Below, piece after piece: positions 1 to 11,074 of a stretch of DNA of 64,000 nucleotides. This DNA is from Mobula hypostoma (lineage: Eukaryota). A program made the translations under genes and the position numbers. Where the stretch lies: positions 40,302,001-40,366,000 of the forward strand of contig NC_086097.1 of the NCBI RefSeq assembly GCF_963921235.1. The letters are read 5' to 3'. Within the stretch, counting starts at the first letter, position 1, and each line of letters opens with the position of its first letter. The notes beneath the pieces are model-generated. The model was not told the DNA's origin and made no database searches. It saw only the letters and a list, made by a program, of their open reading frames with translations.

Positions 1-117
1 GAAACCTACGTTGTCACCTGTAGAATGTACAACTCATTAGAGAGCAGCAGGAATGGATCTTCGATCTCACAGCTGTACGCTGTAAAGTGTTATGCTAACC
101 ACTTCACTATTGTGCCA
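1..117 (-). mobile_element. tRNA-derived SINE head (HE1/V-SINE-like), truncated by window edge
   Basis: Reverse complement reads ggcacaatagtgaagtggttagcataacactttacag...gatcgaagatcc (decayed A/B boxes), followed by a V-domain-like body. Confidence 0.55.
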
Positions 118-656
118 TCTCCCAAGTTTAACCCAGAAGGGGACTATTAATTCAATCATGATTCTTTGATTATGGAGTTGTAAAGGATTTGGGAAGGTAA
201 AATTTTCTATCTAACTTGCTTTGAGTGGGGGGGGGGGGGGTAAATATAAATAAATAATAATTTCTCTTTAAGTAACACTTTATTTAAACATCTAAAACCC
301 TTTCAGATCCAAGTAAGAGGGACTATTTTCGCATAGAATCCCTAGGGAAACTTTGTGCCAGTCACAGCCCAATAAAAATTTTATTCAGCACCTGCTGGGC
401 ACATCCACAGTAAATCGAGTTGACTTTCATGCATCACATGCAAATTCCTTCACTCGCATTATACAGACAGGCACCAAGCTAGTACTAGTACACATGAGAT
501 AACCAGTCTGTAAAGAATGACACAGGCTGGTTGGCATTTTGCAGCAAAACATTGATGTACATTTTCAAGATATAAATATTTGCCTACTAATTGCAGTGGG
601 ATCATCACAGGCAAACTTAACTCTCCTGCAAACTTTAGCCTAAGCACTCAGGATCA

Positions 657-914
657 AGACAACACACACAAAATGCTGGAGGAACTCAACAGGCCAAGCA
701 GCATCTATGGAAAAGAGTTTCAGGCTGAGATCCTTCATACAGTAGGTGACTCCAACAGACTTGCAGGTAAAGTGTCCCATCACCTGGAAGGACTGTTTGG
801 GGCCCTGAATGATAGTGAGGGAGGAGGTGTAGGGGCAGGTGTGGCACTTGTTCTGCTTGCAAGGATAAGTACCAGGCAGATATTTATGTACCCTCCTGGT
901 CATAAGTCATAAAT
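657..914 (-). mobile_element. Penelope-like element fragment (terminal repeat joined to a GIY-YIG endonuclease piece)
   Basis: ORF 640..903 gives PGTYPCKQNKCHTCPYTSS...HFTCKSVGVTYC (Cys cluster preceding the GIY motif). Tail aacacacacaaaatgctggaggaactc. 11-bp TSD actcaggatca at 646-656 and 915-925. Confidence 0.8.
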
Positions 915-934
915 ACTCAGGATCAGGATCAGGG

Positions 935-3200
935 TCTATAGAAGTGAGGCAAAGTGTGGTAAGATCATGGACCCTATACAGATACAGAGCAAGAGGTATT
1001 TGAGGTCTTGAGGCAAATTAAGTTGGAGAAATCTCCAGAGCCTGGCAAGGACCCTGAAGGAGGCTAATGCAGAAATTGCAGGGGCCCTAGCAGTGATATT
1101 TAAAACATCCTTAGCTACAAGTGACATGCCAGAGGATTGAAGGATAGCTAATGTTGTTCTATTGTTTAAGAACGGCTCTAAGAATAAAGGCCTGGTGAGC
1201 CTGACAACAGTAGTGGGAAAGTTATTGGAAGTTTTTCAAAGGGGTCAGATATATGAGTATTTGGATAGACAGGGACTGATTAGGGATAGTGGTACGTCCT
1301 CTCTAACTAATCTTGTAGATCTTTTTCAAGGAAGTTGTCAGGAAAGTTGATGAAGGGCAGGCAATGGATGTTATCTATACGGACTTTAGCTAGGCCTTTG
1401 ATAAGGTCCTGCATGCGAGCTTGCTCAAGAAGGTTCAGTTGCTTGACATTCAAGATGAGGTAGTAAATTGGATTAGACATTAGTCATAGTCATAGTCATA
1501 CTTTATTGATCCCGGGGAAAATTGGTTTTCGTTACAGTTGCACCATAAATAATAAATAGTAATAGAACCTTAAATAGTTAAATAGTAATATGTAAATTAT
1601 GCCAGTAAATTATGAAATAAGTCCAGGACCAGCCTATTGGCTCAGGGTGTCTGACCCTCCAAGTGAGGAGTTGTAAAGTTTGATGGCTACAGGCAAGAAT
1701 GACTTCCTATGACGCTCTGTGTTGCATCTCGGTGGAATGAGTCTCTGGCTGAATGTACTCCTGTGCCCACCCAGTACATTATGTAGTGAATGGGAGACAT
1801 TGACCAAGATGGCATGCAACTTAGACAGCATCCTCTTTTCAGACACCACCGTGAGAGAGTCCAGTTCTATCCCCACAACATCACTGGCCTTACGAATGAG
1901 TTTGTTGATTCTGTTGGTGTCTGCTACCTTCAGCCTGCTGCCCCAGCACACAACAGCAAACATGATAGCACTGGCCCCCACAGACTCGTAGAACATCCTC
2001 AGCATTGTCCGGCAGATGTTAAAGGACCTCAGTCTCCTCAGGAAATAGGGACGGCTCTGACCCCTCTTGTAGACAGCCTCAGTGTTCTTTGACCAGTCCA
2101 GTTTATTGTCAATTCATATCCCCAGGTATTTGTAATCCTCCAGCATGTCCACACTGACCCTCTGGATGGAAACAGGGGTCACCGGTACCTTAGCTCTCCT
2201 CAGGTCTACCACCAGCTCCTTAGTCTTTTTCACATTAAGCTGCAGATAATTCTGCTCACACCATGTGACAAAGTTTCCTACCGTAGCCCTGCACTCAGCC
2301 TCATCTCCCTTGCTGATGCATCCAACTATGGCAGAGTCATCAGAAAACTTCTGAAGATGACAAGACTCTGTGCAGTAGCTTCGTGGGTGAAGCCAAAGAA
2401 TGGTAGTAGATGGTCACCACTCTCACTGAGGTCCTGTGACTAGTGGTGTGCCAAAGAGATCGGGGCTGGGTCCGCTGTTGTTTGAAATCTGTTTCATTGA
2501 TCTGCTGATAATGTGGCAAACTGGATCAACAAATTTGTGGATGACACAAGATCGAGATTGTAGTGGACAGCGAGGACGTCTATCAAAGCTTGCAGTGGGA
2601 TCTGGACAGGGTGAAAAAATGGGCTGAGAAATGGCAAATGGAATTTAATACAGCAAAGTCTGAGGTGTTGCACTTTGGAAGGACCAATCAGGATAGGACT
2701 TATACGGTGAGCAGTAGGGCACGGGGGAGTGCGTTACAACAAAAGGATCTGGGAATACAGATCCGTAATTCCTTGAAAGTGGTGTCACAGGTGGATAGGG
2801 TTATAAAGAAAGCTTTTGGCACATTGACCTTCATAAGTCATAATATATAAACATAACAGGAGATGGCCTAATTTGGAGTATTGTGTGTAGTTTTGGTCAC
2901 CTGCCTACAGAAAAGATGTAAGTAAGACTGAAAGAATGCAGAGAAAATTTACAATCATGTTGCCGGGACGTGAGAATGGTTTAGAGGAAGGTTGAATAGG
3001 TTAAGACTTTATTCCACAGGACATTGAAGATTGAGGGGAGATATGACAGAGGCATACAAAATTATGAGGTGTATGGATAGGCTAAATGTAAGCAGGTTGT
3101 TTCCACTGAGATTGGGTGAGACTACAACTAGACGTCATGGGTTAAGGATGAAAGGTGAAGTGTTTAAGGGGAAGATGAAGGGGAAATTCTTCACTCAGGG
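935..3200 (+). mobile_element. Decayed CR1 LINE (ORF2 reverse-transcriptase part), split by a Rex1/Babar insertion
   Basis: Frameshifted pieces [38 protein letters not shown]. Confidence 0.85.
1482..2376 (-). mobile_element. 5'-truncated Rex1/Babar-clade LINE nested in CR1
   Basis: ORF 1634..2005 (MFYESV..AVVCWG...RKSFLPVAIKLYN) resembles the Rex1-type C-terminus. 3' end is aataaag plus a (GACTAT)n tail. The host CR1 resumes at about 2377. Confidence 0.85.
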
Positions 3201-3957
3201 GGAGAAGAGATCATGTTGTCATGGCCCTACTGCTCTTGCCCTTGGTGGCAGAGGTAGGAAGCCTGAGAATAGCTCTCTTTGGTTTAATTCTGCCTGCTCT
3301 TTCAAGATGTACATTGGAATTCCCATTGACGTTTCCATTGAAAACGAATAAGGAGTTTGTTTATTTATGGAACTGCTGAGAGGGGGATTACATGATCATT
3401 TCTTAATGGCAGATCAGAAAAACTGAGAAATGAATAATCAGTAGCATGTTTTTGTCTTGCTGTTTGAAAAGAAATGTTGATAAGGACTCTTTGTTCTTCT
3501 GGAATCGTTACCATATCAATACTTACAGTTTATTGGGTAGATGTAGACGTTCACCTATTACTGTTATGCATCTCATGCAGAAAATGTCACCCACACAACC
3601 ATTATAGTTTCAGACAGACTCAATGAAGAGCAGGTTTTCCAACCCATCAAATTAGCATTCAGATGAATGGAATGAAAAGCCAACTCCACATGCGTGAGAA
3701 TATCGTCATTTGCAGACAGGCTATTGGTGTTTCCACTTCTGGCAGCTTGAAGCTCTCAGGCCTCTTGACCTCCAGGCTATTGATGTAAACAGGAGCGTAA
3801 TCTCTGAGTTGCTGTGTGCACAATGGTGTCTGAATTTCTAGAGTTGAAAACTGTGATCAGATCATCTTACAAATTAAACTGAATGAAATAGAATTATTAA
3901 TGGCAGCAACAACTTTATTGACACAAACATAGCTTATGCTGGTATTCATAACTTTTG

Positions 3958-5720
3958 AGTTTTCTGAGTTTCTCCAGCATTTTGTGTTTCTGCAAAAAGC
4001 ATGATTTCCCGGTAGCCAACCATTTTAATTCGTCCCCATTCCCATTCCAGCATGTTAGTCCTTGGCCTCCTCTTCTGCTACCACTCTCAGTATTTGACAA
4101 GGGTCCACACAGTAGGCTTATTCAGAAAGTTAGAAGGCATGGGATCCAGGGAAGTTTGGCCAGGTGGATTCAGAATTGGCTTGCCTGCAGAAGGCAGAGG
4201 GTGGTGGTGGAGGGAGTACATTCAGATTGGAGGATTGTGACTAGTGGTGTCCCACAAGGATCTGTTCTGGGACCACTACTTTTTGTGATTTTTATTAACG
4301 ACCTGGATGTAGGGGTAGAAGGGTGGGTTGGCAAGTTTGCAGACGACACAAAGGTAGGTGGCATTGTAGATAGTGTAGAGGATTGTCAAAGATTGCAGAG
4401 AGACATTGATAGGATGCGGAAGTGGGCTGAGAAGTGGCAGATGGAGTTCAACCCTGAGAAGTGTGAGGTGGAAGGACAAACTCCAAGGCAGAGTACAAAG
4501 TAAATGTCAGGATACTTGGTAGTGTGGAGGAGCAGAGGGATCTGGGGGTACATGTCCACAGATCCCTGAAAGTTGCCTCACAGGTGGATAGGGTAGTTAA
4601 GAAAGGTTAGCTTTCATAAGTCGAGGGATAGAGTTTAAGAGTCGTGATGTAATGATGCAGCTCTATAAAACTCCGGTTAGGCCACACTTGGAGTACTGTG
4701 TCCAGTTCTGATCACCTCACTATAGGAAGGATGTGGAAGCATTGGAAAGGGTACAGAGGAGATTTACCAGGATGCTGTCTGGTTTAGAGAGTATGGATTA
4801 CGATCAGAGATTAAGGGAGCTAGGGCTTTACCCTTTGGAGAGAAGGAGGATGAGAGGAGACATGATAGAGGTGTACAGGATAATAAGAGGAATAGATAGA
4901 GTGGATAGCCAGCGCCTCTTCCCCAGGGCACCACTGCTCAATACAAGAGGACATGGCTTTAAGCTAAGGGGTGGGAAGTTCAAGGGAGATATTAGAGGAA
5001 AGTTTTTTACTCAGAGAGTGGTTGGTGCGTGGAATGCACTGTCTGAGTCAGTGGTGGAGGCAGATACACTAGTGAAGTTTAAGAGAGTACTAGACAGGTA
5101 TATGGAGGAATCTAAGGTGGGGGCTTATATGGGAGGCAGGGTTTGAGGGTCGGCACAACATTGAAGGGCCTGTACTGTGCTGTGCTATTCTATGTTCTAT
5201 GTTTGTTCAGCTTGTAAGAGCAACACTTCATATTCAATCTGGGATGTCACCAATTTGATGGCATCAACATGGATTTCTCCAACTTCTGGTAATTTTTCCC
5301 CCTCCCCCTTCTCCAATTCCCCACTCTGGCCTCCCTCTTACCTCTTCTCTTCACCTGCCTTTCACCTTCCTTTGGTGCCCCTCCTCCTTCCCTTTCTCCT
5401 ATGATCCACTCTCCTTTCCGATCAGATTCCATATTTTCCAGCCCTTTACCTTTTCCTTCTATCACCCCCCAGCTTGTTACCTTTTTCCCCTCTCCACCAT
5501 CCACCTGCTTTCACCTATCACCTGATAGCTTGTACTCCTTCCCCTGCTCCCACATTCTTATTCTGGCATCTCCCCGCTTCCATTGTAATCCTGAAGAAGG
5601 ATCTCAGCCTGAAATATCGACTGTTTATTCCTCTCCATAGATGCTGCCTGACCTGCCAAGTTCCTCCAGCATTTTGTGTGTGTTGCTCAAGATTTCCAGC
5701 ATCAGCAGAATATCTTGTTT
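3958..5720 (+). mobile_element. Penelope-like element remnant (3958-4090 and ~5207-5720) split by a CR1
   Basis: [17 protein letters not shown]-terminal motif, pyrimidine-rich 3' region, decayed hammerhead ctgaagaaggatctcagcctgaaatatcgact, tail gttcctccagcattttgtgtgtgttgc. Confidence 0.8.
4091..5206 (+). mobile_element. 5'-truncated CR1 LINE, relatively young
   Basis: RT motifs [14 protein letters not shown] and KFADDTK, C-terminus GKFFTQRVV, (ctatgtt)n tail. Possible TSD tcag. Confidence 0.9.
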
Positions 5721-6577
5721 TTGTTGTTAACTTGTACTCATATTAGCTTTTATATTTGGGGAAAGAAGGTGAGGCTGTGGTCATAAGGAAGACTGATGTC
5801 TCTGCAGTGAATGTTTTCTCTTGGTGTGGCAAGATATTTAATAGAATGGACTAAAGATATCACCAGTTGAGACAGCTTGACTTAAACGACAAATTTCTAT
5901 GATGGATGAAGACAGAATAAGCTCATAAGCTGCATACTGAAGAGCAAGGCTGTTCAGTCAGTTAAGTTTATCTCTTCAGCATAAAAAGCCTCCATTATAA
6001 TATTCAGTGGACACCTGAATGGCTGAAAGGCTGTGTCTCTCTGAGAATACAATGGCAAAATATTGCAGAATGAGAGAGCAGAGCATTTTACCTTGGAAGT
6101 TTGGTTAAGAGGAATCGAATAGGAGGCTTATACAATTATGAACTGCATAGACAATTGTTGGAGGGACATATAGTGAGAATAGTTAGCAAAAGAACCAAAA
6201 GCAACCATGAAGATTTTTTTTAAAACACAGTAAACTGCTAAGGTCCAGACTTCACTGTTGAAAGGATAGTAGTGCGTGCAGATGCAATTGTCCCATTCAG
6301 AGGGAACCTGGATTTCTTTCTGAAAGGAAAGAATTTATAGGGCAAAGGGTGGATGGGACAAAATGGATTGGAAGTATAAACTCAATGGATTGAATTCTGT
6401 CCTTCCATGTTGTTTCTATTCTGTGATTCAATGAAGTGCCAGAAATCTGATAGATGAATGAAAGGCCATTAAAGATATCATGAAAAGTCTGAAATGTTAA
6501 CACTGTTTCCTGCTTTGCAGATGCTGCTCGATCTCCTGAGCATTTTAAATATTTTCTGTCTTTACTTTTTCCCACTC

Positions 6578-6765
6578 GAAGGCTTCACCTATCATCTTCT
6601 AGCTGGTCATCCTTTCCCTCTCCCCGCCTTTTAATTCTGGCGTTTTCCCTCTTCCTTTTTCAGTCCCGAAGATGCACCTTGGCCCGAAACGTCGACTGCT
6701 TATTCACTTCCAAAGGTGCTGCCTGACCTGCTGAATTCCCCCAGCATCTTTGTGTGTCTTGCTCA
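6578..6765 (+). mobile_element. Penelope-like 3' terminal fragment with decayed hammerhead
   Basis: cagtcccgaagatgcaccttggcccgaaacgtcgactg followed by the family tail gctgcctgacctgctga... Confidence 0.75.
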
Positions 6766-6854
6766 AATATTAATTGCTAACCTTGCTTACTTTGGGTGAT
6801 ATTTCAATTTTCAATTTTCAGAACAAAAGAAAGGCCCCACTCCAGGCAGGTTGA

Positions 6855-7052
6855 CTGGCTGGTGGAGTAGTGGCATCCACACTGGACTTCGGAGCGAGTA
6901 GTCCCGGGTAGGAATCCGGCTGGGTCCTTGCACGCTGTCCATCCGTGCTGGGTTGAGCATCGAGCGAGCAACTTGGCCTCGTAAAACAGACTAATGCTAA
7001 AAAAGCAGCAAAGTTGCTGCCCGATGCACCAAACAAGGTGCAGGGAGGAACT
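6855..7052 (+). mobile_element. tRNA-derived SINE (same head and body as 19601-19824)
   Basis: A box TGGAGTAGTGG, decayed B box, shared body ttgcacgct.tccatc..tgctgggttgagc..cgagc.agcaact.ggcctc.taaaa. Confidence 0.7.
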
Positions 7053-7094
7053 TATTCCAGGTGGGTACCTCTTGTCTGTCCACAGTTTACACAA

Positions 7095-7362
7095 TGGCAT
7101 CGCTAGTGGAGCTGCTGTTGACCTCAGCGACTGTCTTTGTGGAGTTTTCTCTCTCTCTCCCTGTGACCGCATCTGTTTTCTTCTCACATGTGTGGTGGGT
7201 AGGGCAACTGGCCACTGTAAGCTGCCCCAAGTGCACTGGTGAATGGTCGAATGTGGGGAGAATAGGAAATGGGATTAATGTAGGATTTGCGTAAATAGGT
7301 GATTGATGGTTGGCATGGAGACTTGCTGGGCCGATGATCCCGTCTCCATGCTGTATCTCTAT
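7095..7362 (+). mobile_element. HE1/V-SINE-like SINE with CR1-type tail
   Basis: tgtggagttt..ctccctgtgaccgc, tggccactgtaa, and 3' tgggccga...tccatgctgtatctctat. Confidence 0.65.
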
Positions 7363-7745
7363 ACTCAAAGTTCAAATGTCAAAGTATATTTACTATCAAA
7401 GTATGCGTACTGCATGCAACCTTGAGACTTGACTTCTTGCAGGCAGCCACAGACAAAGAAACACAATAGAACCCCTTAAAAAACCCACACGACACAGACC
7501 GTCAAATACCCAATGTTTGAAAAAAAAGAACAAGTCACGCAAAATATAAAACAGTAAACAAATAACACAGAGAAGATTAACCACGGAGTGCCTGAAAGTG
7601 AGTCTACAGCCACGGAGCCAGTTCAGCGCTGAGGCGAGTGAAGCCGGTGCAGGAGCCCGATGGCTGCAGAGCAGCAATTGCTCCCAAACCGAGCGGCATG
7701 GGACCCAAAACTCCTGCACCTCCCGGCTGACTGTAGTAGCAAGAA

Positions 7746-7985
7746 ACGATGAGTCGACGTTTCGGGCCGGAACCCTTCATCAGGGCTGTAGAGGGAAGGG
7801 GCAGAGGCCTTATAAAGAAGGTGGGGGGAGGGTGGGAAGGAGAAGGCTTTTCCTTCCCACCCTCCCCCCGCCTTCTTTATACAGCCTCTGCTCCTTCCCT
7901 CTATAGTCCTGACGAAGGGTTCCGGCCCGAAACGTCGACTCATCGTTTCCACGGATGCTGCTGAGTTCCTCCAGCGTGTTGTGAG
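7746..7985. mobile_element. Palindromic Penelope-like mini-insertion (two inverted terminal-repeat copies)
   Basis: Inverted arms 7743-7841 and 7851-7949. 14-bp TSD tgtagtagcRagaa at 7732-7745 and 7986-7999. Confidence 0.9.
7905..7940 (+). ncRNA. Minimal type-I hammerhead ribozyme motif (mirror copy on minus strand at 7752-7787)
   Basis: agtc-CTGACGA-a-gggttccggccc-GAAA-cg-TC-gact: stem I agtc/gact, stem II gggt/gccc, GUC cleavage triplet. Confidence 0.75.
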
Positions 7986-8242
7986 TGTAGTAGCGAGAAG
8001 AGTGCGAGACAGCTCAAACGCAGGCAGAAGTCACTGAACACGCCTGTTCATTTTCCGCTCTCATTCTCAATCATTTCAATCTTGTTTGATGCTTTAATCG
8101 GCACATCTTTCAGGAGGAGCATTCCACTGCCAGAACTACCGTCCTGCCTACATTTGCTATGCTTCTAACATCTGAAGCTTAGGTTCTAGCCTGCGCCTGT
8201 TCTTGCCAAAGCCTGATGACTCTAACACAGTCCACTTGTTAT

Positions 8243-9793
8243 AAGACCATAAGACAAAGGAGCAGAAGTCGGCCATTCGGCCCATCGAGTCTGCTCTGCC
8301 ATTTTATCATGAGCTGATCCATTCTCCCATCTAATCCCACTCCCCCGCCTTCTCACCATAACCTTTGATGCCCTGGCTACTCAGATACCTATCAATCTCT
8401 GCCTTAAATACACCCAATGACTTAGCCTCCACTGCCGCCCGTGGCAACAAATTCCATAGATTCACCACTCTCTGACTAAAAAAATTACTTTGCATTTCTG
8501 TTCTGAATGGGCGCCCTTCAATCCTTAAGTCATGCCCTCTCATACTAGACTCCCCCATCATGGGAAACAACTTTGCCACATCCACTCTGTCCATGCTTTC
8601 AACATTCGAAATGTTTCTATGAGGTGTCCCCTCATTCTTCTAAACTCCAAGGAATACAGTCCAAGAGCGGACAAACGTTCCTTATGTGTTAACCCTCTCA
8701 TTCTTGGAATCATTCTAGTGAATCTTCTCTGTACCCTCTCCAACGTCAGCACATCTTTTCTTAAATAAGGAGACCAAAACTGCCCACAGTACTCCACGTG
8801 AGGTCTCACCAGCGCCTTATAGAGCCTCAACATCGCATCCCTGCTCCTATACTCTATTCCTCTAGAAATGAATGCCAACATTGCATTCACCTTCTTCACT
8901 ACCGACTCAACCTGGAGGTTAACTTTAAGGGTATCCTGTACGAGGGCTCCCAAGTCCCGTTGCATCTCCAAACTTTGAATTCTTTCCTCATTTAAAGAAT
9001 AGTCTGCCCATTTATTTTTTCTGGCAAAGTGCATAACCATACACTTTCCAACATTGTACTTCATTTGCCACTTCTCTGCCCATTCTTCCAATCTATCCAA
9101 GTCCCTCTGCAGACTCTTTGTTTCCTCAGCCCCACTACCGGCCCCTTCTCCTACCTTCGTATCGTCAGCAAACTTAGCCACAAAGCCATCTATTCCATAA
9201 TCCAAATCGTTGATGTACAATGTAAAAAGAAGCGGCCCCAACACGGACTCCTGTGGAACACCACTGGTAACCGGCAGCCAACCAGAATAGGATCCCTTTA
9301 TTCCCACTCTCTGTTTCCTGCTAATCAGCCAATGCTCTATCCACATATGTAACTTTCCCTTAATTCCATGGGCTCTTATCTTGTTAAGTAGCTTCATGTG
9401 TGGCACCTTGTCAAAGGCCTTCTGAAAATCCAAATATACAACATCTACTGCATCTCCCTTGTCTAGCCTACTGATAACTTCCTCAAAAAATTGTAATAGG
9501 TTTGTCAGGCAGGATTTTCCTTTAAGGAATCCATGCTGAGTTCTGCCTATCTTGTCATATGCCTCCAGGTACTCTGTAACCTCATCCTTGACAATCGACC
9601 CCAACAACTTCCCAACCACCAATGTCAAGCTAACAGGTCTATAATTTCCTTTTTGCTTCCCTGCCCCCTTCTTAAATAGCGGAGTTACATTTGCAATCTT
9701 CCAGTCCTCCGGAACCATGCCAGAATCTATCGACTTTTGAAAGATCATCGCCGATGGCTCCGCAATCTCCACAGCTACTTCCTTCAGAACACG
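8243..9793 (-). mobile_element. 5'-truncated CR1 LINE inserted inside the Gypsy 5' LTR
   Basis: ORF 8558..9820 has NYRPVSLT, QHGF, LDFQKAFDKV, SGVPQ, FADD. (tcttatgg)n tail at 8243-8255. gttat is duplicated at 8238-8242 and 9797-9801. Confidence 0.92.
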
Positions 9794-9796
9794 CAG

Positions 9797-9889
9797 GTTA
9801 TGATATACTTGTACATGCATTCATGAGCAGACAATTAAAATTGGTGCACATGCGCTACTGTTTTTATCTGAAATATCTGTCTCGAAACA
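9797..9889 (+). repeat. Gypsy 5' LTR (its first bases TGTTAT lie at 8237-8242)
   Basis: Aligns without gaps to 13841-13934 with 11 mismatches; ends GAAACA; contains ATTAAA. Confidence 0.9.
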
Positions 9890-9905
9890 TGGTGGCAGCG
9901 GTGGG
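9890..9905 (+). promoter_or_regulatory. Primer-binding site complementary to the 3' end of tRNA-Leu
   Basis: TGGTGGCAGCGGTGGG directly after the LTR is complementary to ...CCCACCGCUGCCACCA. Confidence 0.8.
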
Positions 9906-10096
9906 GCTCAGAAAATTGCTTTTTCAACCGCACAGCCCGATTTTTTTCAACTTGTAGTTGGCAGCATAATAATAGCGCAACTCTGAAACATCGGAGACTG
10001 AGTGTAAGAGCAGAAAAATGTCGACCGAGATCAGCAACCAGCGCAAATAGAGACGGGTGCAGTAGCAATGCCGGGAGGTGAGACAGCAGAATCTCA

Positions 10097-11010
10097 GTGG
10101 CACCCAGTACCCGCGGGCGACCCCGTGCCAGGGAACCATGGTCGGGGCAGAAGTCCTCTCCCAGTCAGCGCATTCGCCCACCACCGTCTGTGACAGTCAA
10201 CCGCGGACTGATAGACGGATGGAAGATATGGCGGCAGATGTGGACTAATTACAGCGTCGTAGCACAACTGCACAAACAAGATCCAGCATACCAGATGGCA
10301 TTATTTTTACATACAATTGGACTGTCAGGACTTGAGGTCTACAACAGCTTTGTGTTCGCAGGTGAAGCTGAGGGCCAAGGCCTCACAAAGATTTTAGCTG
10401 CATTTGACAGATATGCTATCGGTGAGAAAAATGAGACATATGAACGATACTTGTTCAACAAGCGGCAACAAGAACAAGGTGAGACCTTTGAATCGTTTCT
10501 TGCCAGCCTTGGATCTCTTGCAAAGACAAGTAATTTTTGCTCGTGTATGTCAGACAGTCTGCTGAGAGACAAGATCGTACTGGGCATTAACGACTCCCAA
10601 ACCAGAAAACATCTGTTACAAGAGAGAAAGCTATCGCTCAGTGACTGCATTGACATCTGTAAAAGCACAGAAGTGGCTGAATCACACCTACAAGCATTCA
10701 GTACAGCTGCAGATAGCAGGTCTGCTACTGTCCATGGGATTAAACCTCGCGCTAACAAGAAAGGTTCAAAGCATCCTGGACAGAAGGCTAGTGTTAGAGA
10801 TTGAGCCAGAGCAAAAGGCACCTTGAACAGCCACAGAAGCAAGGTGTACCCTTGCAAGTACTGTGGCACGGAACATGCAAGAGACAAGCAACAATGCCCG
10901 GCATAGGGACAGGTGTGCAAGGCGTGTGGCATTCAAAATCACTTTGCAAAGGTATGCAAGCGGAAGCCCGTACGTGGAGTGGAAGCACAAAGTGACGACC
11001 AAACCAACAG
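10097..11010 (+). pseudogene. gag: Gypsy gag, interrupted by a stop at 10802-10804
   Basis: ERYLFNKRQQEQGETFESF, LRDKIVLGI. Downstream in the same frame are CKYCGTEH..QCPA and CKACGIQNHFAKVC knuckles. Confidence 0.8.
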
Positions 11011-11074
11011 TGACAGCCGCACCGAGTTTATCGACAATGTCGTACTGGTGGGCAACAGTCTGAAGACAAGGATG

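Larger units (their letters stand above)
7366..8105 (-). mobile_element. Non-coding retroposon with Rex1/Babar-type 3' tail (same family as 24778-25520)
   Basis: tttgaactttga-type tail at the left end. The internal block cagttcagcgctgaggcgagtgaagccggtgcaggagcccgatggctgcagagc aligns to ~25018-25070. Confidence 0.6.

Noticed and set aside
226..240. Poly-G run as a functional G-quadruplex
   Set aside because: Isolated homopolymer with no supporting context; its length is unreliable.
3470..3700. Ancient Deu-domain SINE remnant
   Set aside because: Only faint resemblance by eye; needs a profile-HMM search.
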